From positions 768,001 to 832,000 of the forward strand of contig CAWEJX010000020.1 of assembly GCA_963809485.1 (NCBI GenBank): a stretch of 64,000 nucleotides of DNA, given 5' to 3'. The notes under the pieces are model-generated. The model was given only the letters and a program-made list of their open reading frames with translations, did not search any database and was not told the DNA's origin. Within the stretch, counting starts at the first letter, position 1; every line of letters begins with the position of its first letter. The translations under genes and the position numbers were made by a program. Shown here one piece after another: positions 1 to 9,185 of this stretch. This DNA comes from an uncultured Acidobacteriota bacterium. GTDB taxonomy: Bacteria > Acidobacteriota > UBA6911.

Positions 1-1
1 G

Positions 2-556
2 GCCGCAGCAGACAACCGCCGGTATCTGAGTGGTATGGCAGTTTTCGGCAAATTCCGCCCATTCGCCGTATTTGAGGCTGGGTATGACACGCCTGGAAAT
101 TTCTTCCTGTGTGTCCCAGGTATCCATGCCCCAGATTCCTTTGGCGCTTTCGATCGTTACCTTGTCGTTGACGACGTTGATCCACACGGGCTCATCGGAT
201 GCCCCTTCAACCACGATGCCGTCCCATCCGGCGAACTTCAGCTGGGCGGTGAAGCGCCCGCCGAAGTTGCTGTGACCGAACCATTCAATGGGATAAAGCA
301 TTGGCCCAAGGCCCTGAACCTCGCATCTGCCCGAACCCGGCATGAAAGTGCCGGAAAAAGGGGACGCCATCATGATGATGAGGTTCCTGGGATCGAAAGC
401 TTCGAACGGCAATTGGTCGCCAACCGAGTCAAAGAAAACCGCGGAGCCGATTCCATGGCCCCCGCCGAACTCCTCATATTTTTCGGTATCGATGGCACCG
501 ATCGCCTTGGTAGTCAGGTTGACTCTTAATATTTTTCCTGTATATCCGCCTTTCAT
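2..556 (-). CDS. Aldehyde:ferredoxin oxidoreductase (W/Mo AOR/WOR family), N-terminal part; runs off the window start
   Basis: Manual translation from ATG 556 gives MKGGYTGKILRVNLTT...EAFDPRNLII...SNFGGRFTAQLKFAGWDGIVVEGASDEPVWI...GIWGMDT, the typical AOR N-terminal domain. ATGA overlap with the upstream ferredoxin stop. Not in the ORF track because it has no stop in the window. Confidence 0.9.
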   Translation of the reverse strand, partial: MKGGYTGKILRVNLTTKAIGAIDTEKYEEFGGGHGIGSAVFFDSVGDQLPFEAFDPRNLIIMMASPFSGTFMPGSGRCEVQGLGPMLYPIEWFGHSNFGGRFTAQLKFAGWDGIVVEGASDEPVWINVVNDKVTIESAKGIWGMDTWDTQEEISRRVIPSLKYGEWAEFAENCHTTQIPAVVCCG

Positions 557-1350
557 TGTTGCTCCCCTCCCCCCACCTTCCATACGGGATTTCTTTTCGG
601 TACAACGGTGCCGTTGTCCACTAGTCCCAGATTCAGCCAATGGTCATTCCGGAGGTTCACGTCATAGCCTTCGGTTTCTTTCTGATCCGGCATCTGAGCA
701 ACAAACTTGATCGCCATCATCGGGCAGGTCTCAACGCAAGCCTGCTTGCCGCCGGGGCCCCCTTTTTCATTCCAGTATGGGGTATCAAGGCACAGATCGC
801 ATTTGGAGGATTTTCCTTTGCCGTCGATAACAACCCAGACCGGCCTGTGCGGCTGCTGAGGACACATTTTGATGCAGGTTTTGCATCCGATGCATTTCTG
901 GCTGTCAATCCTCCGGACGTTGCCGTTTGCAGCGTCCACGAAGGCTGCGCCGGTCGGGCAACTCTGAACGCAGACCGGCGCCTTGCACTGCCGGCAGGGA
1001 GCCATCTTGACATCGTTGGGGAACTTGCCGAAAGAGTCCTGCATGATCTGGATGCGCGCTAGCGAAAGATTCTGGACTCCGTAATGGACAAGCGAGCAGC
1101 TGAGCATACACGTCGTGCAGCCTGCGCATTTCTTGCTGTCGTAAACCAGGTAGCCTTCGGATGCGGGATAAGTAGGTCCCGCAGCCTCCGGTGATGGCGC
1201 CACCGCAGTTTCCGCAACCGCCTTTGCAGGCGTTGTTGCGATCAATGCGTCAACGGCGACAACCGTACCCCCCGTGACCAGAAAGTCACGTCTTGACAGC
1301 TGCTTCTTGGCAGCAGCTTCTTTGGCTTCAGCCTTTTTATCTTCAGGCAT
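553..1350 (-). CDS. Tat-signal 4Fe-4S dicluster (DmsB/AorA-like) electron-transfer subunit
   Basis: SRRDFL twin-arginine motif; CxxCxxCxxxC, CRQCKAPVCVQSCP, CIGCKTCIKMCP and KCDLC...ACVETCP motifs; GGAG RBS. Confidence 0.9.
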   Translation of the reverse strand: MPEDKKAEAKEAAAKKQLSRRDFLVTGGTVVAVDALIATTPAKAVAETAVAPSPEAAGPTYPASEGYLVYDSKKCAGCTTCMLSCSLVHYGVQNLSLARIQIMQDSFGKFPNDVKMAPCRQCKAPVCVQSCPTGAAFVDAANGNVRRIDSQKCIGCKTCIKMCPQQPHRPVWVVIDGKGKSSKCDLCLDTPYWNEKGGPGGKQACVETCPMMAIKFVAQMPDQKETEGYDVNLRNDHWLNLGLVDNGTVVPKRNPVWKVGGGEQQ

Positions 1351-1529
1351 GTAAAAACTCCTTTACATAGCAAACATTTTGAAAGCCGTTATGAGAAGGA
1401 TCCGATGACGACCTTCCGTTTAATGCTTTGCGCCCCGGCAGGCAGAAATAATTTGAAACTGCCTCCATTTTTCTCAGTGCATTAATGGAACCATCGCTCT
1501 CACATCTGACACAAAATCCGGGCCTAATG

Positions 1530-1675
1530 TCAACTATACGTTCCGATACGCTTTTGGGGATCGTGTCGAAGGTGGCAGTGGTCGTCAGTATCGCCTCATT
1601 ATAGATTTCAGTTATGGCCTCGATGTCTGAGAATCCTGCGTTTCTGAATGTCAGTTGCGAGTCAAACTGTTTCAT
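1530..1675 (-). pseudogene. Truncated GNAT (phosphinothricin N-acetyltransferase-like) N-terminal fragment
   Basis: MKQFDSQLTFRNAGFSDIEAITEIYNEAILTTTATFDTIPKS matches the YncA/Pat N-terminus; similarity is lost after about 48 aa; 3' boundary approximate. Confidence 0.65.
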
Positions 1676-2059
1676 AGGACCACCTTCTCTCCCTGCAAAC
1701 CCGCCTTGGGGTTCAATCCTAAATCTCTCCTGCCAATTCACGAAAGGAATATTGGAGATGGAGCTGCGGCTTCGGCATAAGGAATGACTTTTTTCTTGCA
1801 ACGGCAATAATCCCGGTCGATCATTCGTTGAGAATCAGATCAGGTGGCGAGCGAGCGACCATTCCCGGCCCCGGAGGGTAAGATCCCTGGGCACAAGCCA
1901 GGAGCCAGGGGCAGGTGAAGAACGTAGACTGAGGAGAGATAGGTCCGTTTGCCGGATACAGTCACAGCAATATCCGTTCTTCAATCTGCATTTCTAATAG
2001 GTCGATGCGCAGCAAGCATCTCATAGTTTGGGCATTATCCCAATAAAGGAGGAAACCTA

Positions 2060-2701
2060 ATGGAAGTTTCAGAGGCAATTCAAAGGAGGGTGACGGTAAG
2101 GCGGTGGATGCAGAAGCCGGTGGAAAAAGAAAAGATAATGCGCGTGATGGAAGCCGGCAGAAGAGCGCCGTCGTGGGGAAATGTACAGCCCTGGCGATAT
2201 GTGGTCGTCCAGGACAGAGCGAGAATAGAGGAATTGGCAAAAACGGCCGGGGGACAGCCGCAGATCAGCACTGCTCCCGTCATCATCGTTTGCTGCGGCG
2301 TAGCCGAAGCATTCTCCCAAAAGTTGCACCGGGAATCCCTGAAACAACTCATCGAAGCAGGCGTGATGGACTGGCCGGACGAACTGCTGGATAACATGGT
2401 TCTGGGAAGCGATCTGTTTGCGCCCTACCGGCTGGGGGAACAGGCGATGAAAATCAAGGCCGGCGAACAGATCATGATTTCCGTTGCCTATATGACGCTG
2501 GAAGCCTTGAATCAGGGGCTGGGGAGCTGCTGGGCAGGAGCCATTGCCACCAAAGATGCTCATTCGATGCTGAAATTGCCGGAGAGCTGGTTTGTGCATG
2601 ACTTTTTGCTTTTGGGCTATCCCGATGAGGATCCCAAACCGAGACCGCGCAAGCCCATCACGGGAATCGTTTTTTGGGAAAGCGTGGAGCCGCAGGCTTA
2701 G
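2060..2701 (+). CDS. Nitroreductase family protein
   Basis: RRVTVRRW, RAPSWGNVQPWRYVVV, GLGSCWAG, LLGYP and RPRKP motifs; AAGGAGG RBS. Confidence 0.92.
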   Translation: MEVSEAIQRRVTVRRWMQKPVEKEKIMRVMEAGRRAPSWGNVQPWRYVVVQDRARIEELAKTAGGQPQISTAPVIIVCCGVAEAFSQKLHRESLKQLIEAGVMDWPDELLDNMVLGSDLFAPYRLGEQAMKIKAGEQIMISVAYMTLEALNQGLGSCWAGAIATKDAHSMLKLPESWFVHDFLLLGYPDEDPKPRPRKPITGIVFWESVEPQA

Positions 2702-2746
2702 TTGTTTTCGGCTGGTGAGGCACTGGATTCGCCAAAGTCCTGGGCG

Positions 2747-3853
2747 CTAGAAGACGTTCTGCTCCTCCCATTCCTCCGGCGTGCGGCAGAAGGAAAAGGC
2801 AAAATCGTCATCCATGTTGCAGCCATCCAGGTGCCAGAATCCGGGTCCGAACCCGCCATCGGCCATCGCCTGACACAAGGGACAATCGTCATCGATCGGG
2901 ATATCATCTTCGGACGAGACCCACGGCAGCCTTATGCGTTCATACTCGATCAGGCAGGAAGGGCTGTTGCCGCCATGCTCGGGATCCGGGGAATCCATCC
3001 AATCTGCCTTTACCTGATCCAGGCGCGCTATTTCGTCGGGTATCGATACATCCCGTTGCTCCTGCATCCGTTTCCAGCAATTCTCAATCAGCATCCGTAC
3101 CAGATCGTAATAGATCACGATTTCATGCGTGCCAAAACCGGCAAATCGATAGGCATGGGAATCCTTCTTAAGGCACGGAGCCGGTTCCTTGAGCCGGCTC
3201 CACTGCGCCTCCCGGGACTGCAGGTCGAAATCAATATCTTCCTGTTTCATGAGAAGGACTTCTCTCGGCGGCAAGCCGCGCAAATCCTCGCGGGGCGTCA
3301 TCAGCCATTTCACATGAATCTCCCTGACAGGGTCCTCCTTGTTTGATGCACGGGCGGCCCGGCACTCGTTGGCAACAAACTCCGCGAGGGCGCCATAGAG
3401 AACCCCCCGTGAATCGAGCGGTGGAACAGCCGTCCGTTCGGCACGCCGCTGATCGGCGATCGCTCTATATTCAACCACGGAGCTGAGAAAGAGCCAATCA
3501 TGGGGAACTCTGTACGGCAGCCACATTTCGGTGAGTTCCCGGCCATTGTGGTATTGAACTTCTCCCTCCGGCATCAGGACCGAGTATGACGATTCTGCAG
3601 CAAAAACCCGTGCGGCCAGGTCCACGAAGATGATCCCGGCATCCCACGGCTCTGGGTTGACACCGTCCGAGAACCCGTCCAGAAACCTGCTGTCGCCTGC
3701 AGGCTTGGTGAACCGGGTTATGGCGTGCTCAAGTTCCTCGATTGTCTCCGGTTCGGCCGCCAGCCCGGCCAGGATTGAATCGGCAAGAAAACCGTGAAGG
3801 GTGCCGTTGATGGCACGGCTTGCATCCATGATGTTGATTCTGAGTTCGCTCAT
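2747..3853 (-). CDS. Hypothetical protein with C-terminal CPLC...HLDGC putative metal site
   Basis: Long ORF; GGAGGAGGA RBS before ATG 3853 (MSELRINI); acidic, Cys-containing C-terminus. Confidence 0.75.
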   Translation of the reverse strand: MSELRINIMDASRAINGTLHGFLADSILAGLAAEPETIEELEHAITRFTKPAGDSRFLDGFSDGVNPEPWDAGIIFVDLAARVFAAESSYSVLMPEGEVQYHNGRELTEMWLPYRVPHDWLFLSSVVEYRAIADQRRAERTAVPPLDSRGVLYGALAEFVANECRAARASNKEDPVREIHVKWLMTPREDLRGLPPREVLLMKQEDIDFDLQSREAQWSRLKEPAPCLKKDSHAYRFAGFGTHEIVIYYDLVRMLIENCWKRMQEQRDVSIPDEIARLDQVKADWMDSPDPEHGGNSPSCLIEYERIRLPWVSSEDDIPIDDDCPLCQAMADGGFGPGFWHLDGCNMDDDFAFSFCRTPEEWEEQNVF

Positions 3854-4106
3854 CGGGAAATCCTCCTCCGGACATGAATGTCCACTCAGGTGACCGTTCA
3901 ACCTCTGTTTCAACGGTTCCACAGAGGCATTCAGACTATCTAATGATCCCCCCCGGATTTGAGCCAGATTATTTTTGCGTCAAAGGTCCATCCAAAGCAT
4001 GCTGAGCCGTAGTGAAAACGTATTGTGCCAACATGCAGCGTTTTTTGCTAAGATAGGCGACGTAATCCATCCCTGCTTTTACGAATTCTTAACAAGGAGA
4101 AACTCT

Positions 4107-4664
4107 ATGAGCCGTGGTCAAATCGAGAAGAGAGGCACGACGCGCCGAGGCTTTGTCAAGAGCGCCGCGGCGGGCGCAGGCGGCATTGCTCTAGCGAGTT
4201 CATTGGGGCCGGTTCTGAGACCCGGCCAGGGCGGCGTGATCGCAGCCCCTGCTGCTGAAAGCAAGTATCAGAAGGAAATACTGGTCGGGGAAGTAAAGAA
4301 GTACGGAGACCTGCGGGTATTCGAGCTCAAAGGTAAGGATGCTCGCGGTTTCGATTGGGCGGTGCAAATGTCGCCGGTTGATGCGATCCCCCTGATGAAA
4401 GAGCCGGAGGTAGTAAATGCCGACCGCGTCAAGGCATACATCGGCGGAGATCCGAAAAACGTGAAGGACATCGGCACGAAAATTGAAGTGTCGATGGGAA
4501 GCGAACCGGAAGTCTACACCATCGACTCAGCAGCGGTGACCTATATCCCGAAGGGGACGCCGCACCGGCAGCGCGTTCTCAATAAAGCCGCGAGAGAATC
4601 GTTTGTTCTGACTCTAACCCTGCCGCCGAAATATGTCGAGCCGGCGAAACCCAAAAAACAATAA
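4107..4664 (+). CDS. Tat-exported cupin-like protein (metal-site HxH lost)
   Basis: AAGGAG RBS; TTRRGFVK signal; GGDPKNVKDIGTKIEVSMG...YIPKGTPH aligns with the neighbouring cupin-like family. Confidence 0.8.
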   Translation: MSRGQIEKRGTTRRGFVKSAAAGAGGIALASSLGPVLRPGQGGVIAAPAAESKYQKEILVGEVKKYGDLRVFELKGKDARGFDWAVQMSPVDAIPLMKEPEVVNADRVKAYIGGDPKNVKDIGTKIEVSMGSEPEVYTIDSAAVTYIPKGTPHRQRVLNKAARESFVLTLTLPPKYVEPAKPKKQ

Positions 4665-4674
4665 GAAGGCCGCT

Positions 4675-5118
4675 ATGACACAGAAAAAATACGAAAAATA
4701 CATTGTGCGGAACGCTGTGGTCACGATGCCTCCAATGGGAGCGGAGAATCCGCTCAACAGCCCGTTGGTCGCCGGCGGTTCCGAGTTGATGAAGGCCATC
4801 GAGGGGGCGATTCCGAATTTCGCGCTGTACTACGTCATGCGCGCCGGTATGTTCATGGAGCCGCCGCACATGCACCCAAATGACGAATACCTGATGTTTA
4901 TCTCTTCGGATCCGCACGACATGAAGAACCTCGGGGCGGTCGTCGAAGTCGCTTACGGCAACGAGTGGGAAAAGGTCGTGTTCTCGCAGTCGGCGCTGGT
5001 CCATTTCCCGAAAAACCTGCCGCATTGCCCAATACACGTGAAGAAGATGGACCGGCCGTTCCTTTTCGGGCATTTCTGGCCAATGGGGGAAACGTCGAAC
5101 TTTGTGCCGGTACCGTAA
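4675..5118 (+). CDS. Cupin-like protein (PHxH...E...HCP family)
   Basis: KYEKYIV N-terminus; PPHMHPNDEYLMF...DPHDMKNLGAVVE...FPKNLPHCP. Confidence 0.85.
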   Translation: MTQKKYEKYIVRNAVVTMPPMGAENPLNSPLVAGGSELMKAIEGAIPNFALYYVMRAGMFMEPPHMHPNDEYLMFISSDPHDMKNLGAVVEVAYGNEWEKVVFSQSALVHFPKNLPHCPIHVKKMDRPFLFGHFWPMGETSNFVPVP

Positions 5119-5249
5119 AACCGGAGACCGGCGGAAATCCGTTCTGCTCAACCAACGGGGCTGGGAACGATTCGTCAAGGCAGACCGACAAATTCTCCGA
5201 GCAGGCCTTCGAAATCTGCAGGCATGAAAATTCGGGCCAACTGCATCCA

Positions 5250-5372
5250 AGAAACTATGGCTGGGCAGAGTTGATTAGAAGGGTGGTTGGATTCGATGTT
5301 TCTGGGTGCGATTCCTGCGGGTGCCGGATGAGGATCCTATGCCCCATCAATTCCCCGGAGGCGAAGGCTTGA
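5250..5372 (+). mobile_element. IS91-family transposase C-terminal remnant
   Basis: RNYGWAELIRRVVGFDVSGCDSCGCRMRILCPI resembles the WAxLxxRVFxxDxLxCxxCGGxMRI tail of IS91 transposases. Confidence 0.55.
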
Positions 5373-5476
5373 TCCCCGGTCTTGATGTGGACCCAGACGC
5401 CGTCGCGGTCCGCAAATTCGTAAGGCGCGGCATCCTTCGCCCGAAGAGTCCATGCGCACGCGATCCCGATCCAAAA

Positions 5477-5876
5477 AGTCAGGTGCCTCCGGCAATGCCG
5501 GAGGCTTGAAAGATTTGAGCCCCTCAAAGCGGTTGGAGGAGTTACGCCGGTCTTGAACGCTGACTTACGCGGGCAAAAGCCGATGAGGCGCTTCCGATCC
5601 CCGCAGGGGCCAGCGCTCCGCGCTGGACAGTTATCTGCGGCGGCACTGTGGCAAGCGCCGTGCGGCAAGGAGATGAAGGGTTTGAGAAACCGGGCGTTTG
5701 CCACAGTGCCGCCGCAGATAACTCCATCGGAAGCGCCTCATCGGCTTTTGCTCGCCGATCCTCGCCGAACAAATCGGTGATCAGCGCTTTTATCAGCGTT
5801 TCTCAGCGTTTCAAAATACGGAACTGTCAAACTCTTGGAGTCCCCCGGCAGAGCCGGGGGTTTACCAATGTAATTA
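5477..5876. mobile_element. ~400-bp non-autonomous IS200/IS605-like palindromic element, copy 1 (full length)
   Basis: AGTCAGG...CCTCCGGC-aat-GCCGGAGG hairpin, nested 26-bp and 31-bp inverted repeats, CCCCGGCAGAGCCGGGG hairpin, ...AATGTAATTA end; near-identical to the other copies. Confidence 0.85.
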
Positions 5877-6172
5877 CAATGGCAGTGCACGTTCATTTCA
5901 TCACTTTCTCCTTCCATCCAACGGATCCCAAAATCCCATTGGCGCCTCCAAAAACGGACCTGATTTGCGGCACCCGCTTGTCGCTGCAGCATATCTTCCG
6001 GGCCGGCTCCGGCGAAGAGCATCCCGGGGAAGAGGCATCTGTTAGATTTTACAGTACATTATTTCTTCCAATTTCCTTTACAATAAGTCAAACGACTTTT
6101 TCATTGCACCAGCGGTCGACGAATACGAGTGATGTGAGGAACACCGGCTGGGAAAAAAGGAGATACTTCGCT

Positions 6173-6643
6173 ATGAACCGGAAGCAATTCATGGAATATG
6201 TCGATCATTTCAACAACAAGAGGTTTGATAAGGTTGCCAGCTATTTCTGTCCGGATGTGACGCTCGCGTATCCCGACAACTTCATGGGTCCGCAGATCCC
6301 CGGCCGCACCGGAAACACCCTGCACGGCCCCAAGGAATTCATTGCCAACTACCTGGCCATCACCGCCAACATTCGTGAAGTCCTGAATGTCGGCGCCTTT
6401 CTTTCCAGGGGGAACCAGTTCTGCGTCGAACTGATCACCGAGTTCCACGTGTTGAAGACTCCCCCGTCCAGCGCCCCGGGAGCCCAATGGAAAGAAGGGG
6501 ACGTCATCGTCATGAATCAGATTGTGCTGTACGATCTGGACGAGAAAGGCAAGTTCAAACGGATCCGGATTTTTCACCATCGCTATCTTGACGCGAAGGA
6601 AGTGCTGCAGAAAAAGGCCGCTCACGCAAAGGTCCTGGCATAA
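6173..6643 (+). CDS. SnoaL/NTF2-like protein
   Basis: YVDHFNNKRFDKVASYFCPDVTL...VLYDLDEKGKFKRIRI; AAGGAG RBS before ATG 6173. Confidence 0.8.
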   Translation: MNRKQFMEYVDHFNNKRFDKVASYFCPDVTLAYPDNFMGPQIPGRTGNTLHGPKEFIANYLAITANIREVLNVGAFLSRGNQFCVELITEFHVLKTPPSSAPGAQWKEGDVIVMNQIVLYDLDEKGKFKRIRIFHHRYLDAKEVLQKKAAHAKVLA

Positions 6644-6661
6644 TTTGCGCTGGATAACCGG

Positions 6662-6706
6662 GGACAGGTGTTGAAATTTCAAAATTTGAAATTTCAACAC
6701 CTGTCC
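6662..6706. repeat. Perfect 22-bp-arm palindrome (REP-like or terminator-like)
   Basis: GGACAGGTGTTGAAATTTCAAA-A-TTTGAAATTTCAACACCTGTCC. Confidence 0.75.
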
Positions 6707-7285
6707 GGGGTTTCAGTCGCCAGGGATGTGCGTCAGGAACCGTGGGCCGTCCGGGTAGTAAAGCGCGGATGTTTTAGAGGTAGTTCAGCTCAAATTCCTC
6801 GGTTGAGAGCTCGAGAGGATTTTTTTTCGAAGGGGGACTCGACAAGCCCCCTGGGGACCAACGTCCCGTAGACGCAAATTCCGTATTCGCCGAGCCCCCC
6901 AGGGTGGAGGATTTTGAAGTGGCCATCGGGGCCAAAATGGCAAAGCCCCGACAGCATCAAGCTGATTAAAAAACTCTTTATCGGAATACCGGGGAATTTG
7001 TAGAAGGGTGCAAATGCCGGTTTTTTCGGAGCGGCGCGGACGCAAGTTTCCCGCGCACCCTTAGCGAGCATCGTAAATCCGGCGATGTGAATCCCGGGAA
7101 ATCGTCCGCAGAGGATGGGCGCGGTCTGTTGGTCATTTCCAGAGCGGGTATGTCCATTAACGCAAAATCCGGGTGAAGCTCTAGCCGCGGACAATGATTC
7201 CTATCAAACGATTGCATGTGCCTCTTGTTCGCCCGTTCGAAATTCTGCGGCTGCTCATTTTGCAGATTACTGCATGTATGGCGGG

Positions 7286-8236
7286 TCATGATCCGCGCAC
7301 GCTAAAGAAGGTGTCCAGTTCTTCGACGCCTTTCCGGACGGCGTTCGCACTTGCTTCTAACTGATCCGCTTCTTCTTTTTCAAGGTCTAACTCCACAATT
7401 CGTTCGATGCCGTTTTTGCCCAAAAGTGCCGGCACCCCTATAAACAGATCATGAATTCCATACTCGCCGCGCAGATAGCAGGCGCAAGGAGCCAGCGTTT
7501 TGCGGTCGGTGATGATAGCTTCGATCATTTCCGCCACCGAAGCCGCAGGAGCGTAATAAGCGGATCCGGTTTTGAGATGGCCGACGATCTCCGCACCGCC
7601 TTTGCGCGTTCGTTCAACCATCCGGTCGATGACCGACTTGTCCAGCATCTCTGTGATCGGAATTCCCGCAACCGTCGTGAAGCGCGGGAGGGGAACCATC
7701 TGGTCGCCGTGGCCCCCCAGACCCATCGCATGAACATCGGTGAGTGCACACCCCAGTTCCTGAGCAACAAAATAGCGGAAACGCGTGGAATCGAGTATTC
7801 CTGCCATTCCCATGACACGTTGTACGGCAAAACCGGTAGTGCGAAAGGCGACGTGACACATGATATCCAGCGGATTGGACACGACGATGACCGTCGAGTT
7901 CGGCGTGTATTTTGCGATATTCTGCGCGACCGATTTGACGATCCCGGCATTGACCTTCAGCAAGTCCATCCGGTCCATACCCGGTTTGCGCGGAAATCCT
8001 GCGGTGATGACCACAACATCGCTGTCCGCGATTTCGGAAAAGTTCCCCGTCCCCTTGATCGAAACGTCATAGCGTCGCATGGGACCGGCGTGCAGGAAAT
8101 CCAGGGCCTTGGCTTGAGTCACTCCTTCGGCGACATCCACCATGACGATATCCGCAATGACTTTTTCAGCAACGTAATAGGCGGCAGTCGCCCCAACATT
8201 GCCCGCCCCAACAATACTGACCTTCCTCCTAGGCAT
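7286..8236 (-). CDS. mdh: Malate dehydrogenase (LDH-like MDH)
   Basis: GAGNVG Rossmann motif, AGFPRKPGMDRMDLL, VSNPLD, LDSTR, LGGHGDQMV, GSAYYAPA. Confidence 0.95.
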   Translation of the reverse strand: MPRRKVSIVGAGNVGATAAYYVAEKVIADIVMVDVAEGVTQAKALDFLHAGPMRRYDVSIKGTGNFSEIADSDVVVITAGFPRKPGMDRMDLLKVNAGIVKSVAQNIAKYTPNSTVIVVSNPLDIMCHVAFRTTGFAVQRVMGMAGILDSTRFRYFVAQELGCALTDVHAMGLGGHGDQMVPLPRFTTVAGIPITEMLDKSVIDRMVERTRKGGAEIVGHLKTGSAYYAPAASVAEMIEAIITDRKTLAPCACYLRGEYGIHDLFIGVPALLGKNGIERIVELDLEKEEADQLEASANAVRKGVEELDTFFSVRGS

Positions 8237-9185
8237 GTTGTTCTCCTTCCGGTCCAGGCGGCGTAACATTTGCGCGCGCCAGCGAAATGCGAAGCTCCTC
8301 TGCCGCATCCAAAAAATCATTCAGTTCCTTGGAATTCATCCTGACGGAAATGATCGTCTCCGCGCCTCCTTTCCCGATTCGTGCCGGAACGCTGACCGCG
8401 ATGTTGTCCAGACCATATTCGCCCTGCAAGCGGATGGAGACCGGAAGGATCGATTTGGAGTCGCGCGCGATTGCTTCCACCAGCGCGGCCACGGCCGCAC
8501 TCGGAGCATAGTAGGATGTGGAGCTCTGAGCCATCTGAAGAATCGTGTCCCCCGCTCTGCGCACTTCCTCCAGGATTTCATCCAGTTTTTCCGACGGCAG
8601 AAGCTTATCCGCGGGGATTCCGGAGACCCTGATCGTGTCGCGGACCGCAACCATGCTGGGCCGGTGCGGCCCGAGGACCATGCCCGTAACCTCGCGAGAG
8701 GATACTCCGAGGTGGTTGCTGATGAGATATCGCAGCCTGGTAGAACTCAGCAGGCCGCCCACGCCCAGGACTCGCGCGCGATCAAATCCCAGAGTTTTTT
8801 GCGCCAGCAGCGTGATCATGTCCACAGGCTCGGCAACGTTGATGACTACCGCCTGGGGAGCCAGCCGCTTGATATCTCCGCAGACTTGAAGAATCAGCTG
8901 CGAGTTGTCTTTGTAAAGCTCGTCGCGGCTCTGGTTCGGGGCGCGCACACGCCCCGCGGCGATCACGATGATGTCGCTGCCGCGAATTCCTTCGATGCTG
9001 TTTTCACCCCTTATATCCGTGTCATAACGGCGGATAGGGCCGGCTTGCAGTATATCCAGGGCTTTCCCGACGGAGAGACCCTCTTTGATATCCACCAGAG
9101 TGACCGAGGCTGTGCGGTTTTCCGCGATAAAAAATGCGCTGTTCGCCCCGACGTTGCCGCTGCCGATAATCCCGACTCGCTTCAT
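8229..9185 (-). CDS. MDH paralog with altered active site
   Basis: GSGNVG motif and strong similarity to the downstream mdh, but NVAEP replaces VSNP, LLSSTR replaces LDSTR and LGPHRP replaces LGGHGD; 8-nt overlap with mdh. Confidence 0.88.
   Translation of the reverse strand: MKRVGIIGSGNVGANSAFFIAENRTASVTLVDIKEGLSVGKALDILQAGPIRRYDTDIRGENSIEGIRGSDIIVIAAGRVRAPNQSRDELYKDNSQLILQVCGDIKRLAPQAVVINVAEPVDMITLLAQKTLGFDRARVLGVGGLLSSTRLRYLISNHLGVSSREVTGMVLGPHRPSMVAVRDTIRVSGIPADKLLPSEKLDEILEEVRRAGDTILQMAQSSTSYYAPSAAVAALVEAIARDSKSILPVSIRLQGEYGLDNIAVSVPARIGKGGAETIISVRMNSKELNDFLDAAEELRISLARANVTPPGPEGEQHA

Noticed and set aside
1760-1960. Possible Moco/Wco riboswitch upstream of the AOR operon
   Set aside because: No recognisable consensus and separated from the operon by a GNAT remnant; would need an Infernal search
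5255-5780. Recurrent ORFs such as MANARFL..., MFGEDRRAK... and MASAVRQGDEG... (also near 21k, 38k and 61k)
   Set aside because: They are translations of the palindromic repeat in several frames and strands, with variable ends; not supported as genes
5648-6172. N-terminal extension of the SnoaL ORF (and likewise 38659-38859 for the cupin gene)
   Set aside because: Read-through from the repeat element; better starts exist at 6173 and 38860
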